DNA from: Octopus bimaculoides | Taxonomy: Eukaryota | Length of the DNA: 64,000 nucleotides | Reading direction: 5' to 3' | Assembly (NCBI RefSeq): GCF_001194135.2 | Contig: NC_068981.1 | Location: 100,167,564-100,231,563, forward strand | Part shown: one piece after another, positions 10,317 through 24,668 of the stretch | How positions within the stretch are numbered: the first letter of the stretch is position 1 | How the letters are laid out: the number at the start of each line of letters is the position of its first letter | Made by a program: the position numbers and the translations under genes | Notes under the pieces: model-generated | What the model was told of the DNA's origin: nothing | The model's input: only the letters and a program-made list of their open reading frames with translations | The model's database searches: none

Positions 10317-11094
10317 CATATGTATATAGATGTATATATACATATATATAGACATACATGTGTACACGTATATCTACATGTATATGCATATACATTCATA
10401 CATTCACATACACACATATATATATACACACACACATATATATTTTCCCAAAAGTTACACAACCATTATTCATTTATAGAAATTATGGAAAATGAATATT
10501 ACAAATTTGCAAAGATAAGGATTTCTGACCCCACATTTCACTGATGTGTTTCCCTACTTGCAGAAATTTTGACCCTTTTCTGTCCACTAATATGATTAAC
10601 TTTCCACCTAAAGTGCGATCTCCATCATAGTATTTGTCTCAGATCTTTGTAGATCTAAAACTGGTTTTGCTTGAGCATCACTATTTCCTCACGTACTGAT
10701 ACTACACAACAGAAAGTGGTGCCTGATTTAAATTATTTTAGCATTAAACTAACTGATTCCATCATTTCATTCAACTCTTTCTTAGATTTTTTTATTCTGT
10801 CCATTTTTCAAGTTATCTGTCAATCTATCCAGTTTCCCATCAGTTCATTTATCTAGCTATCAATCAGTCAATCTGTTTATCTCTCTATCTATCTGTTTAT
10901 CAGTCTGTCAGTCTGTCTGTCTACCTATCTGTCTGTCTATTCATGCCTGTATTTCTCTATCTTTTATTTTCTCTTCTTTCTAATTGATTTCTTTTGTTGC
11001 TTACTGTTTTACTAACTTTCTCTATTTCTCTTTCCCCTGCATGCTCTCTCTCTCTCTCTCTCTCTTTTACATATTCTCTCTTTCACTCTCCCTT

Positions 11095-12345
11095 GTACTC
11101 GTCAGCCCCACACTTAACCATTACACTATTCACATCACAAACCTGACACAGAACATATATGATGGCTTCAATAACACTCACAGACACACATACAAAAAAA
11201 CTCCCACGCATGCATCTTGACTACCATTGACATCAGCAAAGCTTTCAACTTCATTCTTCAGTATCTAATTATACACAAAATACTGAACACCACTTTAAGA
11301 AACAACATAAAATATCGCCTAACAAACTACTTGTCAGCTAGCCAAGCTTATGTAATATGCAAGGACAACACTTTGAGAACTTGCACTTGCCTGAATTGAG
11401 TACCACAGAGGTACATCCTCTCACCCACACTTTTCAATCATCACATCTCTTTAAAACATATACACAGCTTCATATGCAGTTGACAATACACACATTCTCT
11501 CACCATCCTCCAGACATGATTGCATAAGTATTACTGCAATCCTACATTAATCACTTATAAACCTGGCTCCACAAGAACAGAATTTAAGTAACACCTACTA
11601 AATCCAGTAATTTTTCTTACCAGCAACATCAAATACAATCAAAAATAAATATACCACAACATAAATATTCCACACATAGAACACAAAAATACAATACTTT
11701 CACAACATTTATAATACAAATAGAAGACATAATAAAGAAAGCAAATTGATGCACAAACATAGTTAAATCAATCTCAGGAGCCACATTTTGCATACAGAAA
11801 GAAAGAGACAAACAATGATGGTGTACAAGCTATATATTAGGTCTGTCGTGGATTATGTCAGTCTCACCTTTGATCTCAGTATCTCCACAACAAACCAAAA
11901 TAAACCACAAAGCATAAAAAACAGTACCTTACACATAATCCTTTCTACTATAAGTACAAAGCCTGAAATTTCTTAGGGATGGAGGCTAGTCAATTATATG
12001 AACCCCCAGTGTTTGGTTTGTACCTATTTTATCGACTCTGAAAGGATGAATGGCAAAATCATCCTCAGCAGGATATAAACTCAGAACATAATGTGTTGGA
12101 AAATGCCACCAAGAATTTTGTCATGCTAACAATTCTGTCTTAGTACATTGTACATGATCAGAAGTTGTACACTGACCACGCCTACAGACCACCTATACAA
12201 TGAAACAGAAATATTGAAAATGAAACGTCATTTGGATATGCAAGAGTGCAGTAATCTTCATCCCTTACAGTCTCTGCCATTACATGAAAAATCATCTCCA
12301 GACATCCAGTCACATATGCAACATTTTAGATCACTAATGCTATGA
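11095..12345 (+). mobile_element. LINE reverse transcriptase remnant (Jockey/I-group-like)
   Basis: TTIDISKAF, frameshifted GVPQGxILSPTLFN, VYKLYIRSVVDY and TTPTDHLYNET. Interrupted by a family B SINE at ~11945-12140. Confidence 0.8.
11945..12140 (-). mobile_element. SINE family B
   Basis: Similar to other copies (ttcatccttt...gtcgataaa...gtac core). Confidence 0.75.
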
Positions 12346-12899
12346 CAATATCCTAACATCACTGTCACATCTACTCAGCTTGGACAAATATAAAAATAAC
12401 ACATACAAACAAAAATAGATGCAATGGCTTTACAAGCCTAAAATACCAATAATAAGTGCAGAAGAACAGTAACTGCCCCATTCTGACTGATTCTACTTTG
12501 CCCACCTCTACAGTGGTACCCACCAGAATTTATAAGTGTACAGAAATAAACGGGACAGTGGAGAGCACAAAATGTTCAAACTGCCACACTTCACTCCATT
12601 TGTTTCACCACTGCATGTTTTTCGAAATTTGCAATTTGGATCTCAGACACTATAACTAGGGGAAAGAATAATGATCTACAGGTGGCACCTGGTCATTAAG
12701 CCAACTGTATGTGTTATATGTCTACTTGATCCTTGGCCAATAACAACTACACATTGGTAATCATTACATATGTTTTTTCACTTCCACTTACAATTATACA
12801 TCACACATTAACACTACTACTTATCAACATACATCATCACACACTGCCCATACACAAGTCTATACTTTTCATATGCTACTAGACACTTCATCTTTAGTC

Positions 12900-13200
12900 T
12901 CAGTGTTAGTTCTTTCTGGACAGTTGACCAGTACATCAGACAGCAAGATGTTTCCAATAATCTTGGTTTTCAGCATAGCTACCTGAATCTTTCCAGGTGA
13001 TGCTAATCTGCTTCAGATCTTTTATGAAGGTGTACTATGGCTTCTTTATCTCTCTGGGGGTACCCATTGTATAGCTGTCTTGCAAAGTCACACTTCTGGC
13101 TGTTTCATTCTTCTTTCAGACACAAGCCACCAGTGGGCTGCATAGATTGGCTCTTCTCAGGACTTCAGAGTTTGTAATTCTGTCCTTGAGGGGTATTTGG
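12900..13200 (-). mobile_element. RTE-clade LINE 3' fragment
   Basis: The minus strand reads LKDRITNSEVLRRAN, typical of the RTE C-terminal region. Confidence 0.6.
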
Positions 13201-13399
13201 CTTTTATTTCTAGCAGTTTTAGTTACTACATACAGGCTCCATTGTTAGCTTACATTGTTGGCTCTTTGTTTTTTGTTACTGCTGTTGTTGTTATTGTTGT
13301 TGTTGTTGTTGTTATTCTTATTATTCATGCTTTGTCTTTTAAAATATTAATCATTGTCGTAATTCTTGATTCTTTATTTTATTCTTTTTGTTATTTATC

Positions 13400-13670
13400 T
13401 TCTACTTGTTTCAATCATTACACTGCGGCCAGTGCTTTTTTTTTATTTTAAGCCTGGTACTTATTCTATCAATCACTTTTGCCAAACTGCTAAGTTACAC
13501 ACACACACACACACACACACATGTATATATATACAACAAACTTCTTTTAGTTATCGCTCTACCAAATCTGTTCACAAAGCAAAGGTTATAGTAGAAGTCA
13601 TTTGCCCAGGGGCCATGAACCAAGAACCATGTGCTTGGGAAGCAAGGTTCTTACCATACAACCACACAGA
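13400..13670 (-). mobile_element. SINE family A (tRNA head, internal microsatellite), degenerate
   Basis: Reverse complement of the head motif aagcttgcttcccaaccacatggtt..gggttca, with an internal (CA)n. Confidence 0.6.
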
Positions 13671-14384
13671 ATCTCTAGTAGAGATGAGTAGATAATGTTA
13701 TTATTGTCATTGTTTAATTCCACATCAGCTGAGATCAAGTAGACTTATGAATAGGAACATTCCAGCCTTAGCCATCATGCATTTTTTTTTATAAATTTAG
13801 AACACTGTCCTTTTTTAAGAGGATAAGGCAAATTTAGTAGTGATTTGGTAGCTATTTCTAGCATGTCAGGCAACTGTATAGAGATTTCCTTCTTTAGCTT
13901 GGGGTAGGTAATGTTAATACAATTATTGTTATAACATAATTATATCAATTATTGTTATAATCTATATAATAATATTAAATTGATTATATAGCATAATAAT
14001 GATGCTATTATTGATGCTACTACAGTTGTTGTTCTTACTGTTGTTAACGGCTAATGGTGTGGTTATGTCTCACTTTTTATGTGATCATAATTTCTACATT
14101 TATAAACTTGCAGTTAGTAAGGTATTAATCATTATAACTGTTCTCAATAATGCTCCATCAGCACAGTTTACTTATCTCTGTTTGCTGCCACTCAATCTAT
14201 TCCTCTCCAGACTCCTCTGACACTGCTAACAATTCTCTAATGATCATGATCCCTGCCAAGCAGACTCTAAGTAGTCATCCAACCTGCTAGAAATAGCAGT
14301 CAACTCTCCCTCAAATTATACCTTACCATCTAGAAAAAGGAGACATGCATATTAGGTAATGTAATCCATAAATATACCAACATG

Positions 14385-14620
14385 AATGCTTGTGGCCTAG
14401 TGGCTAGAGTATTGAACTCATGATTGTATAGTGTATTGTGTTCTCAAGCAAAACACTTCATTTCACATTGTTCCAACCTGCTTAGCAGATAATGAATACT
14501 AGCTGGTGAGTAAACCCAGCATTGGATAGGTACCCTATTCAAAGGGAGTATTGTATTCTCAATTGCTTACGTACTTAGAAAGTCGGATAGGTTCTACCTA
14601 ATGAACCTGTATGCTCATGA
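14385..14620 (+). mobile_element. tRNA-derived SINE (third family)
   Basis: A-box-like ggcctagtggctagagt, followed by caaaacacttcatttcacattg and a SINE-like tail. Confidence 0.55.
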
Positions 14621-17600
14621 CCAATCTAAAGCTAAATATTCTAGTAGTATTACTTTGACTGAAAATGAGTTTAGACAGAATAGCTTTATCAGGGAAAATC
14701 TGGGACTAAATAACAACATAATAGTAACCTGTCTTACACATGCTACACTGAGTCTGTCTTTTGTTTATCTAGAGAAACACTTTGTTGCATTTAAATGAGG
14801 TTTTATAACAGTAGAACTATTAGGATAGTGCTATACATATTATATAAGTCCAACTTTACATTAACCTCCAAACAAGACATATTCTACTTGTCTTGGTTCG
14901 GTATTTAATATTTGAAGCACCATTGAAAACTTATAACACATGCATATTGCAATTTGTAAAAGAATGTTTTAATCTACAAAATTTTGATTATTCTAATTAG
15001 GAAAATGTTAAAAACAAAAGTGGGAGGAAAACATACTTTTATAAGCCACCAGTATATTTTGATATATAATATTGTAATACATGCTCACAAGGGCCAGATT
15101 TATACATAAACTAAAAAAGTTGGGTAGATAATCTTCTTGTATTTAAACCTGAAATGTTCAAGTTTACCAAAACCACTGACAAATAAAATTACTACATTTG
15201 GTAATATTGAATTGTTAATTTTGGTTATATTTCACATTCTCTGTTATAATACCTATTGGCATTTTCCCCAGACAATAATCTTTGATGTCAGTTTTTGATG
15301 GACATTGAGAGATAAAAAGAAAAGTTTAATTTTTACACTTAAAAGTCTCATGGAAAATTTTACAATTTTTCAGTGAGTTTCTAAAACCTTGGTGTTCAAC
15401 TCTTTGGAGAGATTTTTTGTATTGCAAGTGAAGAAAAATGTCTTTAGATCCATGTTTAAATAAAAGAATTTTCATCCCTTAACTTTCTCTCTATGTGTCT
15501 ATTCTTTTCTGACTGGAGGCTATGCCCTGATTTTATATGATTTCATATTTACATCTTTTGGTAATTTCATTTTTTCTTAATTCACACACATAACAAGCAT
15601 GCAACAAATTGTACATTATATCTATAAAGATAGACATTGCTGAAGCTAATTCTTTCTCCTATTGATTATTCAACCTGTTAATCACAAGTTATAGCTTAAT
15701 AATAACTTAAGCTATAACTTAGGGGGCTCACATTTCACAGAGACTTTGAAATTATTCAGACATACATTCTTCCAACTTTTGTGAGATCTTGTGGTGTAAT
15801 CTGTCAACAAATAGCCTCTAGCTTTATATTGTTTCGGGTCTTATCAAATGTAAACATGGAAATGGTGTGCATTATATATGTTCTTGGGTATATTTATTCA
15901 TTAATATTGATTTAAAAAGAAAAATATTTTACTCAGATTATTTCTTAAATTCAATGATACAAACAGCTTGCTGTTAAATTTTTTTATAATTCAGCTCAGA
16001 ACATTATTCCTTACAGAAAAAAATTGTTTATCTTCCTTGTTGTTATTAAATCAAGCAATATTCCATGCAGCCTCTCATAAAAATCATTCTTTGTATGACA
16101 TACATATATGTATATAACATATTTGATATTTATCTGTTTTTCTTTTATCCTGGTACATATTGTGATACTTTACCAAATGGTAGATAGCAATGGTTCACTG
16201 TTTGATTAATGCAACATTTTATAGCTCAATTTTTTTGGCTATTATTGAAATTCACCAAATATCTCTCTTCAGTTTCTTCACTGTTCTGTTACTGAACTTC
16301 ATAGAGGAGACCTATGTAGAGTGTGCAATCAATGAAAAACATGGATTTGAGCAATACTACAGTTCAACATTTATAACAACCATTGTTATCAACTAGGCAG
16401 TATTCACATTTGTCCATGAATTGCAGAACAGACAGGCTACAAATGAAAGCAAATAATGACAATTTCTATTTCAACTCAAGTTAATGGATTCTATATTTCT
16501 GCATACAGAACTGTATGACGAAATGACATAAACCAAGCACTCATATTACAACCAAGTACATGACATAAGATCAAAACTTAAGGAATAATAACAAATAAAG
16601 AAAATATGTCTTTGTTTTGCTTTCAGTTTCTAAGAACTTACTGATAATAGAATCATGTTATAATTTTTATGCAGAATCCAGAAATTTTAGCAAATAGATA
16701 GCTGAGCTGATGCAGTTATGATTACATGCTCAAGCTTTGATATATTCATTGTTTTTATAATCTATGTCAGAATGGGTAAACAAATGAAAATGGTTGAAAG
16801 CAATGATGGTGATGAAGATGATCATGACAATGAAGATGATGAAAAGAAAGAAAAAGACTGGGAGGATGGCAATTAGAACAATGATAATAAGATAACTGAG
16901 GTGGTGGTGGTCTGGGTGATGGTGGGTGATAACTAAAACAGAATCCATGGTTGTTGTGTTGGAAAGACATGCACATGTGTGTGTGTGTGTGTACAGGCAC
17001 ATGGGTGTCATGTGTGGTTGTTCACATCTGCACTCACATATTCAAAAGTTATAATGCTTGAGCAGTGTTGTTGTTGACACTTCTATCAATAACTTGTCCA
17101 CTCACTTCATACCTCCAAAACTATGTGGAACAAGGAATCTCTTACCAGAAAAAAAGGGATGGATTAGCATCAGGAAGGTTGTCCAGCTGTAAGATAATAC
17201 CTCAATAACATATTCATCTAACTCATGCCAACATAGTGAAACGAATGTAAAACAAATGAACAAAGAAAGAGAGAATGTATTATAGAATATATTCTATAGG
17301 ACAGCATTGCAACAAATATTGCAAACAAGACAGCAGTTTATTAATTAGACACTTTGTAGAGCTTGTGTTCAGTGTCAACAAGGTTTAAATTGATGTTTTA
17401 TTCACTAAAGTTGTCAAGATAAATTAAGTAGCAGTTGTATACTAAATCCTATTTTTCAGTTAATGCTCTACTAAAACATTTTAATGCTTTCTGTCACTTT
17501 GAGAAGTAGATCTAGTAGTTGTAGTAAGATTTCCTTATTAGGAAATATTCTTGTGGTAAAGGCTGTAATAGTGCTAATAGTGTAACTAGTCAGTGTGTCT

Positions 17601-17679
17601 GTAGAAATAGTATTAAAAGTAATGATCACTGGTTAAGGCTAGATATAGTTGTGCATGTAGAGATAGTGATTGATAGTAA

Positions 17680-17741
17680 GATTAAAGCCTTGTGAGTGGA
17701 TTTGGTTGGCAGAAATTGAAAAAATTGAAAGAAACCTGTTG

Positions 17742-17783
<42 letters not shown>

Positions 17784-18030
17784 CAACAGGTTTCTTTATA
17801 TATACATTTCTGTATATATACATACACACACGTGTGTGTGGGCATGTCTTGTGTTGTATTTGTCTCTTCCACTATTGCTTGACAACTGGTGTTGGTTTGT
17901 CTACATCACTGTAACTTAGCGGTTCAGCAAGAGATACTTTTAGTACCGGTGTGTCAATCTGTTTGACTAAATTCTTCAAGCCAGTGCCCTAGCATTCCAA
18001 CAGTCTAATGGCTGAAACTATAAATGATAA
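17680..18030 (+). mobile_element. SINE family A, headless copy
   Basis: gccttgtgagtggatttgg...microsatellite...cttgacaactgg...tgactgaaac. Confidence 0.7.
17728..17797. repeat. Perfect 70-bp palindrome centred on (AT)18
   Basis: aaagaaacctgttgcac-(at)18-gtgcaacaggtttcttt. Confidence 0.92.
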
Positions 18031-19102
18031 AAGGAAAGACTTTGAGAAATCTCCCTTTCCTGTTGATCTCTGTCCTCATTGAAATGTAATTTAGTTGTTC
18101 AAAGTGAAGTGAAACAAAAATTCTGAGAGAATTAACTCTGTGGTAAATTCACCTCTACTCTAAAAATATCACTAGAATATTCTCCTGAAACAAACTTTCT
18201 CTTGATTCAATTCAGTCCAATAAACTGGACATCTTTTTTTTTTTCTTTTTTTTTACCAGAACCAGAAGCTATTTTGGACTCAAGTAGCTCCTCCTTATTT
18301 ATTCTACTATTTAGTTTGCTGTACATTCTATCAAGTGTATCCTGCAGACATTTCACTCTCTCATCATAGATAAATAATTAATGAGATGCACACTTCACAG
18401 ACCTCTTGAACTACTTCCCTGCCCACATCTTTCTGCCAAATATTCAGTTTTTTAACGGTTACTCTAGACAATCAGCGTCATTACATTACTTCTTTTTCTA
18501 TATATACTTGATCACTTCTAAATCTTTGCTAGCTGAGCTGAATATACTTCACTGAGAAGATCTAATACGATAAAAATGTAGCTGTTACTTTTACTGGTTT
18601 ACTTTAAAGACAAGATCTGCACAGCTCTAAATACTTTTGATTTTCCAAACATTTTGGTCGAATTATATTCATCATCATTTTTTCATGCTTGCATGAGTTT
18701 GATGAATATGTTATTTGAGGCATTGTTTTGCATCTAGATTCATTTCTTGATGTTTATCATTATCTGTTTTCCAAGTAAGAGATGACTTAGACCATACAGC
18801 TTCAAATGCATAAAGTGCCTGAAAGATTTGTTCAAAGAAGCTGATAACATCTTATGTTACGCTTTTATTACAAGTGCCTGAAGAATTAAACATACATACA
18901 AACACACATGTGGATGCACATACACAAAGATTAATATATGTATATATATATACAAACATCATTCTGTTTCCTTTTACCAAATCTGCTCACAAGGCTTTGG
19001 TTGACCTGGAGTTATTGTAAGAGAACAAAGTACTGCACAGTAGGACTGAACATGAAATTAAGTGGTTGAGAAGCTAACTTCTCAACCACTATGCTCCACC
19101 AC

Positions 19103-19142
<40 letters not shown>

Positions 19143-19602
19143 TAATATTTTGCTTAGGTATAGTGAGACTAATAACCTGGTGTTTCTCACTCATAATGCC
19201 TGTATGTTCTGAAAATGTAACTTTCCTAAATAAATTACACTTCATATTCAAGGCTCTGATGAAGCTATAGGATGTTATCCTGGTACTCAACTAAGAGTCC
19301 ATCACATCTTATAGCAGATCTAAACAAATGAAGTTTATTACATAACATTTGATTTTTCTGGTGTCATCTCTTTGTTTTCTATCTAACTATCTATCTATGT
19401 ATGTATGTGAATGCACACTCACATAGTTTCCATGTAGTTTCCATCTACCAATTTACTCAGAGTTTATTGGTCAGACTGCAACAATAGTAAGAGACACTTG
19501 TCCATGAGGTCATTCAGTGGGATTGAACTTAAGACCATGTAACTTTAGACCAAATTTCTTAAACCACAAGGTAATATCCATATATTTGTCTCTGTTTCTC
19601 TC

Positions 19603-19644
<42 letters not shown>

Positions 19645-21139
19645 TGTGTGTGTGTGTGTGTGCGTGCGTGCGCGCGCGCGTTGTTGCATTGATACCAACA
19701 ACTTTACTTAATTTGAGTATGCTGAATTCAAATATGAAGCTAGTTTTTCTCTGTAAGCTCTAGATTTTTTTATATTTTCCAAATATCCAATATTTCTCGA
19801 GACATGATGTAACCCATCTGATAATTTTCTAGTTATACTATCTTCAAACTAGATGGAAAAGAACAAATATTTATGCATTGAGATTCTAACTTTATTCATA
19901 TATAAACCTTGTAGTTTAAGAAATTTAGTCCACAGCTACTTGGTCTTAGGTTTAGTCCCACTGAACAACATCTTAGACAATGTGTATATGTGTATCGTAC
20001 ACTGATATATATCAGTGATTTCAGATTAAATAAATAGCTTGTGATATTTGTTCTGCATTGAGTTACAGCTGCACCTGTATCAGGCTTGCAGTCAGAAATG
20101 CAGAGAAGGAGTAATTATCTTGTTGGAAACCTATAATGAACAATGGTATTATACCATAAAAAGCTTCATTAATTGCACAATCTTGGCAGTTGCATCAAAT
20201 ATTCTTATTGTAAAATATACCAAAACAATGATTTGGCAGAAAAACACAAATTTTGTGGACACTAGGGTAGCATTACATAACATATTACTGGTGCACATTT
20301 TATTGACTCTTCCTTCTGGTACATATTCTAGAAGTATGAAAAGCAAAATCATCAACTACCATAATATTCAAATCCAGAACATAAACACACTCAGATAGAT
20401 ACTGACAACACTGTGTCACTCCAGATCTCTAGAAGATTTATAAGAGATCTATTATCATCTATGAGAACATAGTTAATTTCATCTTTGATTAAATAGAATC
20501 ATCTGTCAAATATAGAAGACTCTTTGTTATAGGAAATCTATAGAAAACGCAGTTGATTTAACACCTCTGGGTGCACTTTTTGTCTCTGAATTGCATGGAA
20601 AATCTTAGTTAATCACAGATCTTCAAATCATTGTATTATATATGTGAGATGTTACCATAAGTATAAAGTAGACAATATATGTAGGTATGTATCTCTAGGA
20701 TATAACAGTATACTATTAATATACTTCCATATTATGTCTATATATTTCCCATTTCTGAACTATGTATGTATGCATACATGCATATGTGCATGTATCTATG
20801 CTAGTATGTGTAAACATATGTATATTTGTATATACATATGTATGTATATACATGAATGTATTTATGTGAATATATGTGTGTGTGTGTGTATACATATGTA
20901 TATATCTTAATCTCAGTTAAAACCTCTGCTTTACAAATGTCATTTGTTTGGAAATTTTACATTTAGTTTTTTATCTAAACATGGGTGAGAGAATTTACTG
21001 CTGTCATCAACAGTGAAATAAGAGAGAGCAATCATTTGTCAAACAGACAAACTGAAGCAAGGAGATTCCAGTACTTTGACCAGGTATACAAATGATAAAT
21101 GCAGTAAGGTTTAAACCATAATTATATCTAATTATATTA

Positions 21140-21350
21140 TACCAAGTAGATTTGCAGAATTGTTAGAATAGTGGACAAGTTACCTTGTGGTATTTAGTTA
21201 CTGCTCTTTATTTTTTTCAGTTTAAATCTTGCCAAGGTCAACTTGGCCTTTCATTCATCATGGTTAATGAAATAAAATACCAGTCAAGATCTGGCTAAAT
21301 ATAATAAACTATATCCCTTCTGCAAATTTGAGGCCTTGTATTTACATAGG
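21140..21350 (+). mobile_element. SINE family B, degenerate
   Basis: Similar to other copies. Confidence 0.6.
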
Positions 21351-22879
21351 AAATCAACTGATATTATGCCAAAAGGCTATTACTAACTTATAATGATATC
21401 TTCTACTAATTATTAATAAACTAAAACACAGAATGAAATAATTTTCTACATTCAGATATCGCTTACCTATATTTCGACCTTGATCCAGCAGACCTATGAT
21501 CGAAGGTGTTCCTGTTGTGACCATCTTGTCTTTTTTTCAGACATATTCTAGGACTACATTATCCAGTGTTTAAGATATGGGAGAGATTTAGATGGTATCT
21601 ATGAACAACCAAATAGAGGTCTTCAAAGTAACTGCATTTAATTTTATCTTTCAACATCATCTATTTGAACTCAGCTAGATGTGACTTTATATATCTCCTA
21701 CCTCTGGTTTTAGTCAGAACAGTTGCAATAATACTGTAATAACAGTAATAACATCAATATACAAAGCTTTCCTACTGGCCAAGCAATTAAGCAAGAATTT
21801 CATAATTATCCCTATTATCAATGCTCTCAATGCTAAACAGTTTTGGAAGCATTTTAAATGTCTTGATCATAAATTCATAAATTATTTTACTTTAATTTTA
21901 ATATCTTTTTATTTTTGTATTTACTTTTATGATTAGTTGAAGTGGAGAAGCAACCTTCCTGTGTCTTTTTTTCGGGGCATCTGAGAATGCTGGAAAGACG
22001 GTTTAACCCAAATGCTTCTTGCTAAGGAGTGGATTCTGCAAAAGCACCACTGGAACAACTAGTAGTGTTACACAACAGTAATGGATTAAGTTTATCACTG
22101 CTGCTCCCATCACCAAAGTAACAATGTACAGATACCACCTTCTTATTCACCTCAGAAGTACAACACAGACAATAACTATATTTAAAGGAAGTTCAAAATC
22201 AATAAAAATAATTAGATAAAAATCAACTTGATTGTTCCAGTAATTAGAATTTTCCAAATATTGTTTTGAAACTGAAACTTATTTTTTATAGCTACACGAG
22301 TTTCCAATCATTATTATTAGATGTTGTATTTCATTCTAAAGAATCTCCTACAACAATTCTCCAACACAGATGTTTCTCCCTTGTTATCATCGTTAAGTCA
22401 GTCACTTAAGTTATCTTGTTGTGGTAGTTATTGTTGTTGTTATTGTTGTTGTTTTGCTCCATGTCCCAAGTTAGCTTAAATTAAGCCAACCTATAATCAA
22501 AGTCATTCAGGCCATGATCATGAGAAGTAGGAACAATGTACATAAGTAGGAACAATGTACCTAAGACAATGTTCAATGAATTTTAAAAAAATAAGTTAGT
22601 GTATGGTTTAAGGGAGGTTTGACTGCTATTTTTAGCATGCTGAGAATCCACATAAAGGCTCATTCTTTGATTCCAGTGAGCTTTTACTAAAGTAGATTGA
22701 ATGTGGAGAAATTAATTAGCCAGGTGTAACATAACTAAAAGCGTTACTGCTCATGATATAAATTTTGTTATATTGATTCTGAAAAAGAGTACCTTTAACA
22801 TTAGACTTTTAAAGTACAAGAACTGAATGGAGTCTTTTTTTTTTCCTTTTTAAGAGAAACAACATCTATAACTAAAAAT

Positions 22880-23099
22880 ACTTGTCAGCCTGCCTCATAG
22901 TCTCAGTGGACAAAATGAAAAAGGCATTGCTCCAGAGAATGGTGTGGGAGACATACTGGAACAGTTACTCTAACTCATGGGGCTCACACTTGTAGATAGC
23001 CATCTCTGCCCTGATAGCAGTGAACAGGGATGTAGCTTGGGGACCAAGAATGCTGGAGGTCTCCATTATCACAGGCCTGACCACAAATCTGTCAGAGAA
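22880..23099 (-). mobile_element. CRE-like non-LTR retrotransposon, restriction-like endonuclease C-terminus
   Basis: The minus frame reads FSDRFVVRPVIMETSSILGPQ...CEPHELE*LFQYVSHTILWSNAFFIL. This fits the CRE-type pattern F.P.A.ET.G..GP...EP.E..WLFQR.S.AI.RGNA..IL. Confidence 0.7.
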
Positions 23100-23113
23100 C
23101 AATTAGTAATTAA

Positions 23114-23291
23114 ACTAAAGATTGTTTGCCAGCATAACATGGCAGTCCTAGTTTAGGACGAATGTTGCTGTAATTTAGCCCCAGGAGACATCGTCCTTAT
23201 ATTTTCAAACAAGGGAATCCAGCACCCCCACTCAGCTCGAGTGGGGGGGGGGGTGTTAGATTCCTTGTTATGTTGGCAAACAATCTTTAGT
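23114..23291. repeat. Small foldback element with 26-bp terminal inverted repeats
   Basis: actaaagattgtttgccagcataaca / tgttatgttggcaaacaatctttagt (1 mismatch). There is an inner GC-rich hairpin at ~23208-23269. Confidence 0.8.
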
Positions 23292-23940
23292 CCAAAGTAC
23301 TATAGCTGAATATTTCTCGTTGTGAGATTTAAAAATAGTAATTTTCTAATACTTGGACATTTTGCCTTTTTTGGTTTGATAAGCAGCAAAGCCTGAGATG
23401 ACAGCTGCACAAACCAGGTTGCTGCTGGAGAAGATGTAGCATTGCAGATGAGGTATCTATCACCCAAGAAGCACATATTCTGACCTCATCAGCAAAGTGT
23501 AGCCTTCGTCATTCAGCTTGCATAAAAGCATTCTGTCCAAACATTTATAAATGCTAAATTAAAATGATTTCTCTTATGTTTTTGTCATAACGTGGTGGTG
23601 GTGGTGGTGGTGGTGGTGGTGGTGGTGGAGGTTGTGGTTTTAATGATGTTGATGCTTTATAGTCATGGGACTGATTGTAGAAATAGGGTTCATTGTGGAG
23701 GGAATATTTTTTTTTATTGAAGTGGGGATGGGCTTGTTGTTTGTAAGCTCTAAATTAGCTCTGTCTGAGCAGACGCATGAGATCTAAGAAAACTCAACAA
23801 CTGCAATACCCTCTTTTTGCTTTTCATTTTTTTTTTTTTTCATAAGTATACAGGACAACATCATCCAAATTACAAATTATCCAATATGTTCTATGTGGCA
23901 TTTCAGTGAATTTGGCTGCTTTTTTGCTGTAGATAAATTG

Positions 23941-24283
23941 CAGTGGCTCTCAATCAGGGTCCATATGGCCCTTGAGAGTCTATATGGCACTTACGGGTCC
24001 ATATAAGATTTTGTTATTAAAACTTAATGTGCAATAAATTGGCTATGCTTCTACAATACACAAAATATTTTAACAATTTTTTAATACAATTCCAAATGAT
24101 ATTTAATTATAAAAATACAATAGGTGCAGGAACAGCAATGTAGTAAGAAGCTTGCTTCCCAACCACATGGTTCTGGGTTCAGTCTCACTGATATGGCACC
24201 ATGAGTAAGTGTCTTTTATTATAGTTTCAAGCTAACCAAAGCCTTTTGAGTGGATTTGGTAGATAGAAACTGAAAGAAGCCCG

Positions 24284-24326
<43 letters not shown>

Positions 24327-24668
24327 TATACATGTCTATATCTATATGTGTCTTTGTGTCCATGTTTGTCACTCCATCACCACTTGATAACTGGTGTTAG
24401 TGTTTTTATGTCCTTGTAACTTAACGGTTTGATAAAAGAGACTGACAGAATAAGTACTAGACTTTAAAAAATAAGTCCTGGAGTTGATTTGTTTGACTAG
24501 AACCCTTCAAGGCAGTGCTCCAGCATGGCTACAGTCAAATGACTGAAATATATAAAAAAAATAAAAGAAAAGGATGTTTTCAAACATCAAACGGTTATGA
24601 GGGCCCACCCAGGTAAAAAAAAAAGGGATCAAAAGGGTCCACAAGTGAAAAATGGATGAGAACCAATG
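23941..24668. mobile_element. hAT (Charlie-type) MITE carrying a SINE insertion
   Basis: Ends cagtggctctcaa / tgagaaccaatg. A family A SINE sits inside. Confidence 0.65.
24123..24570 (+). mobile_element. SINE family A, full length
   Basis: tRNA-like head, internal (TA)n, and a tail ending tgactgaaata...aaaagaa. Confidence 0.85.

Noticed and set aside
15686-15720. 14-bp stem hairpin (Helitron 3' end?)
   Set aside because: AT-rich and lacks a following CTRR terminus.
19606-19680. (CA)n followed by (TG)n and (CG)n
   Set aside because: Ordinary compound microsatellite; hairpin or Z-DNA potential only.
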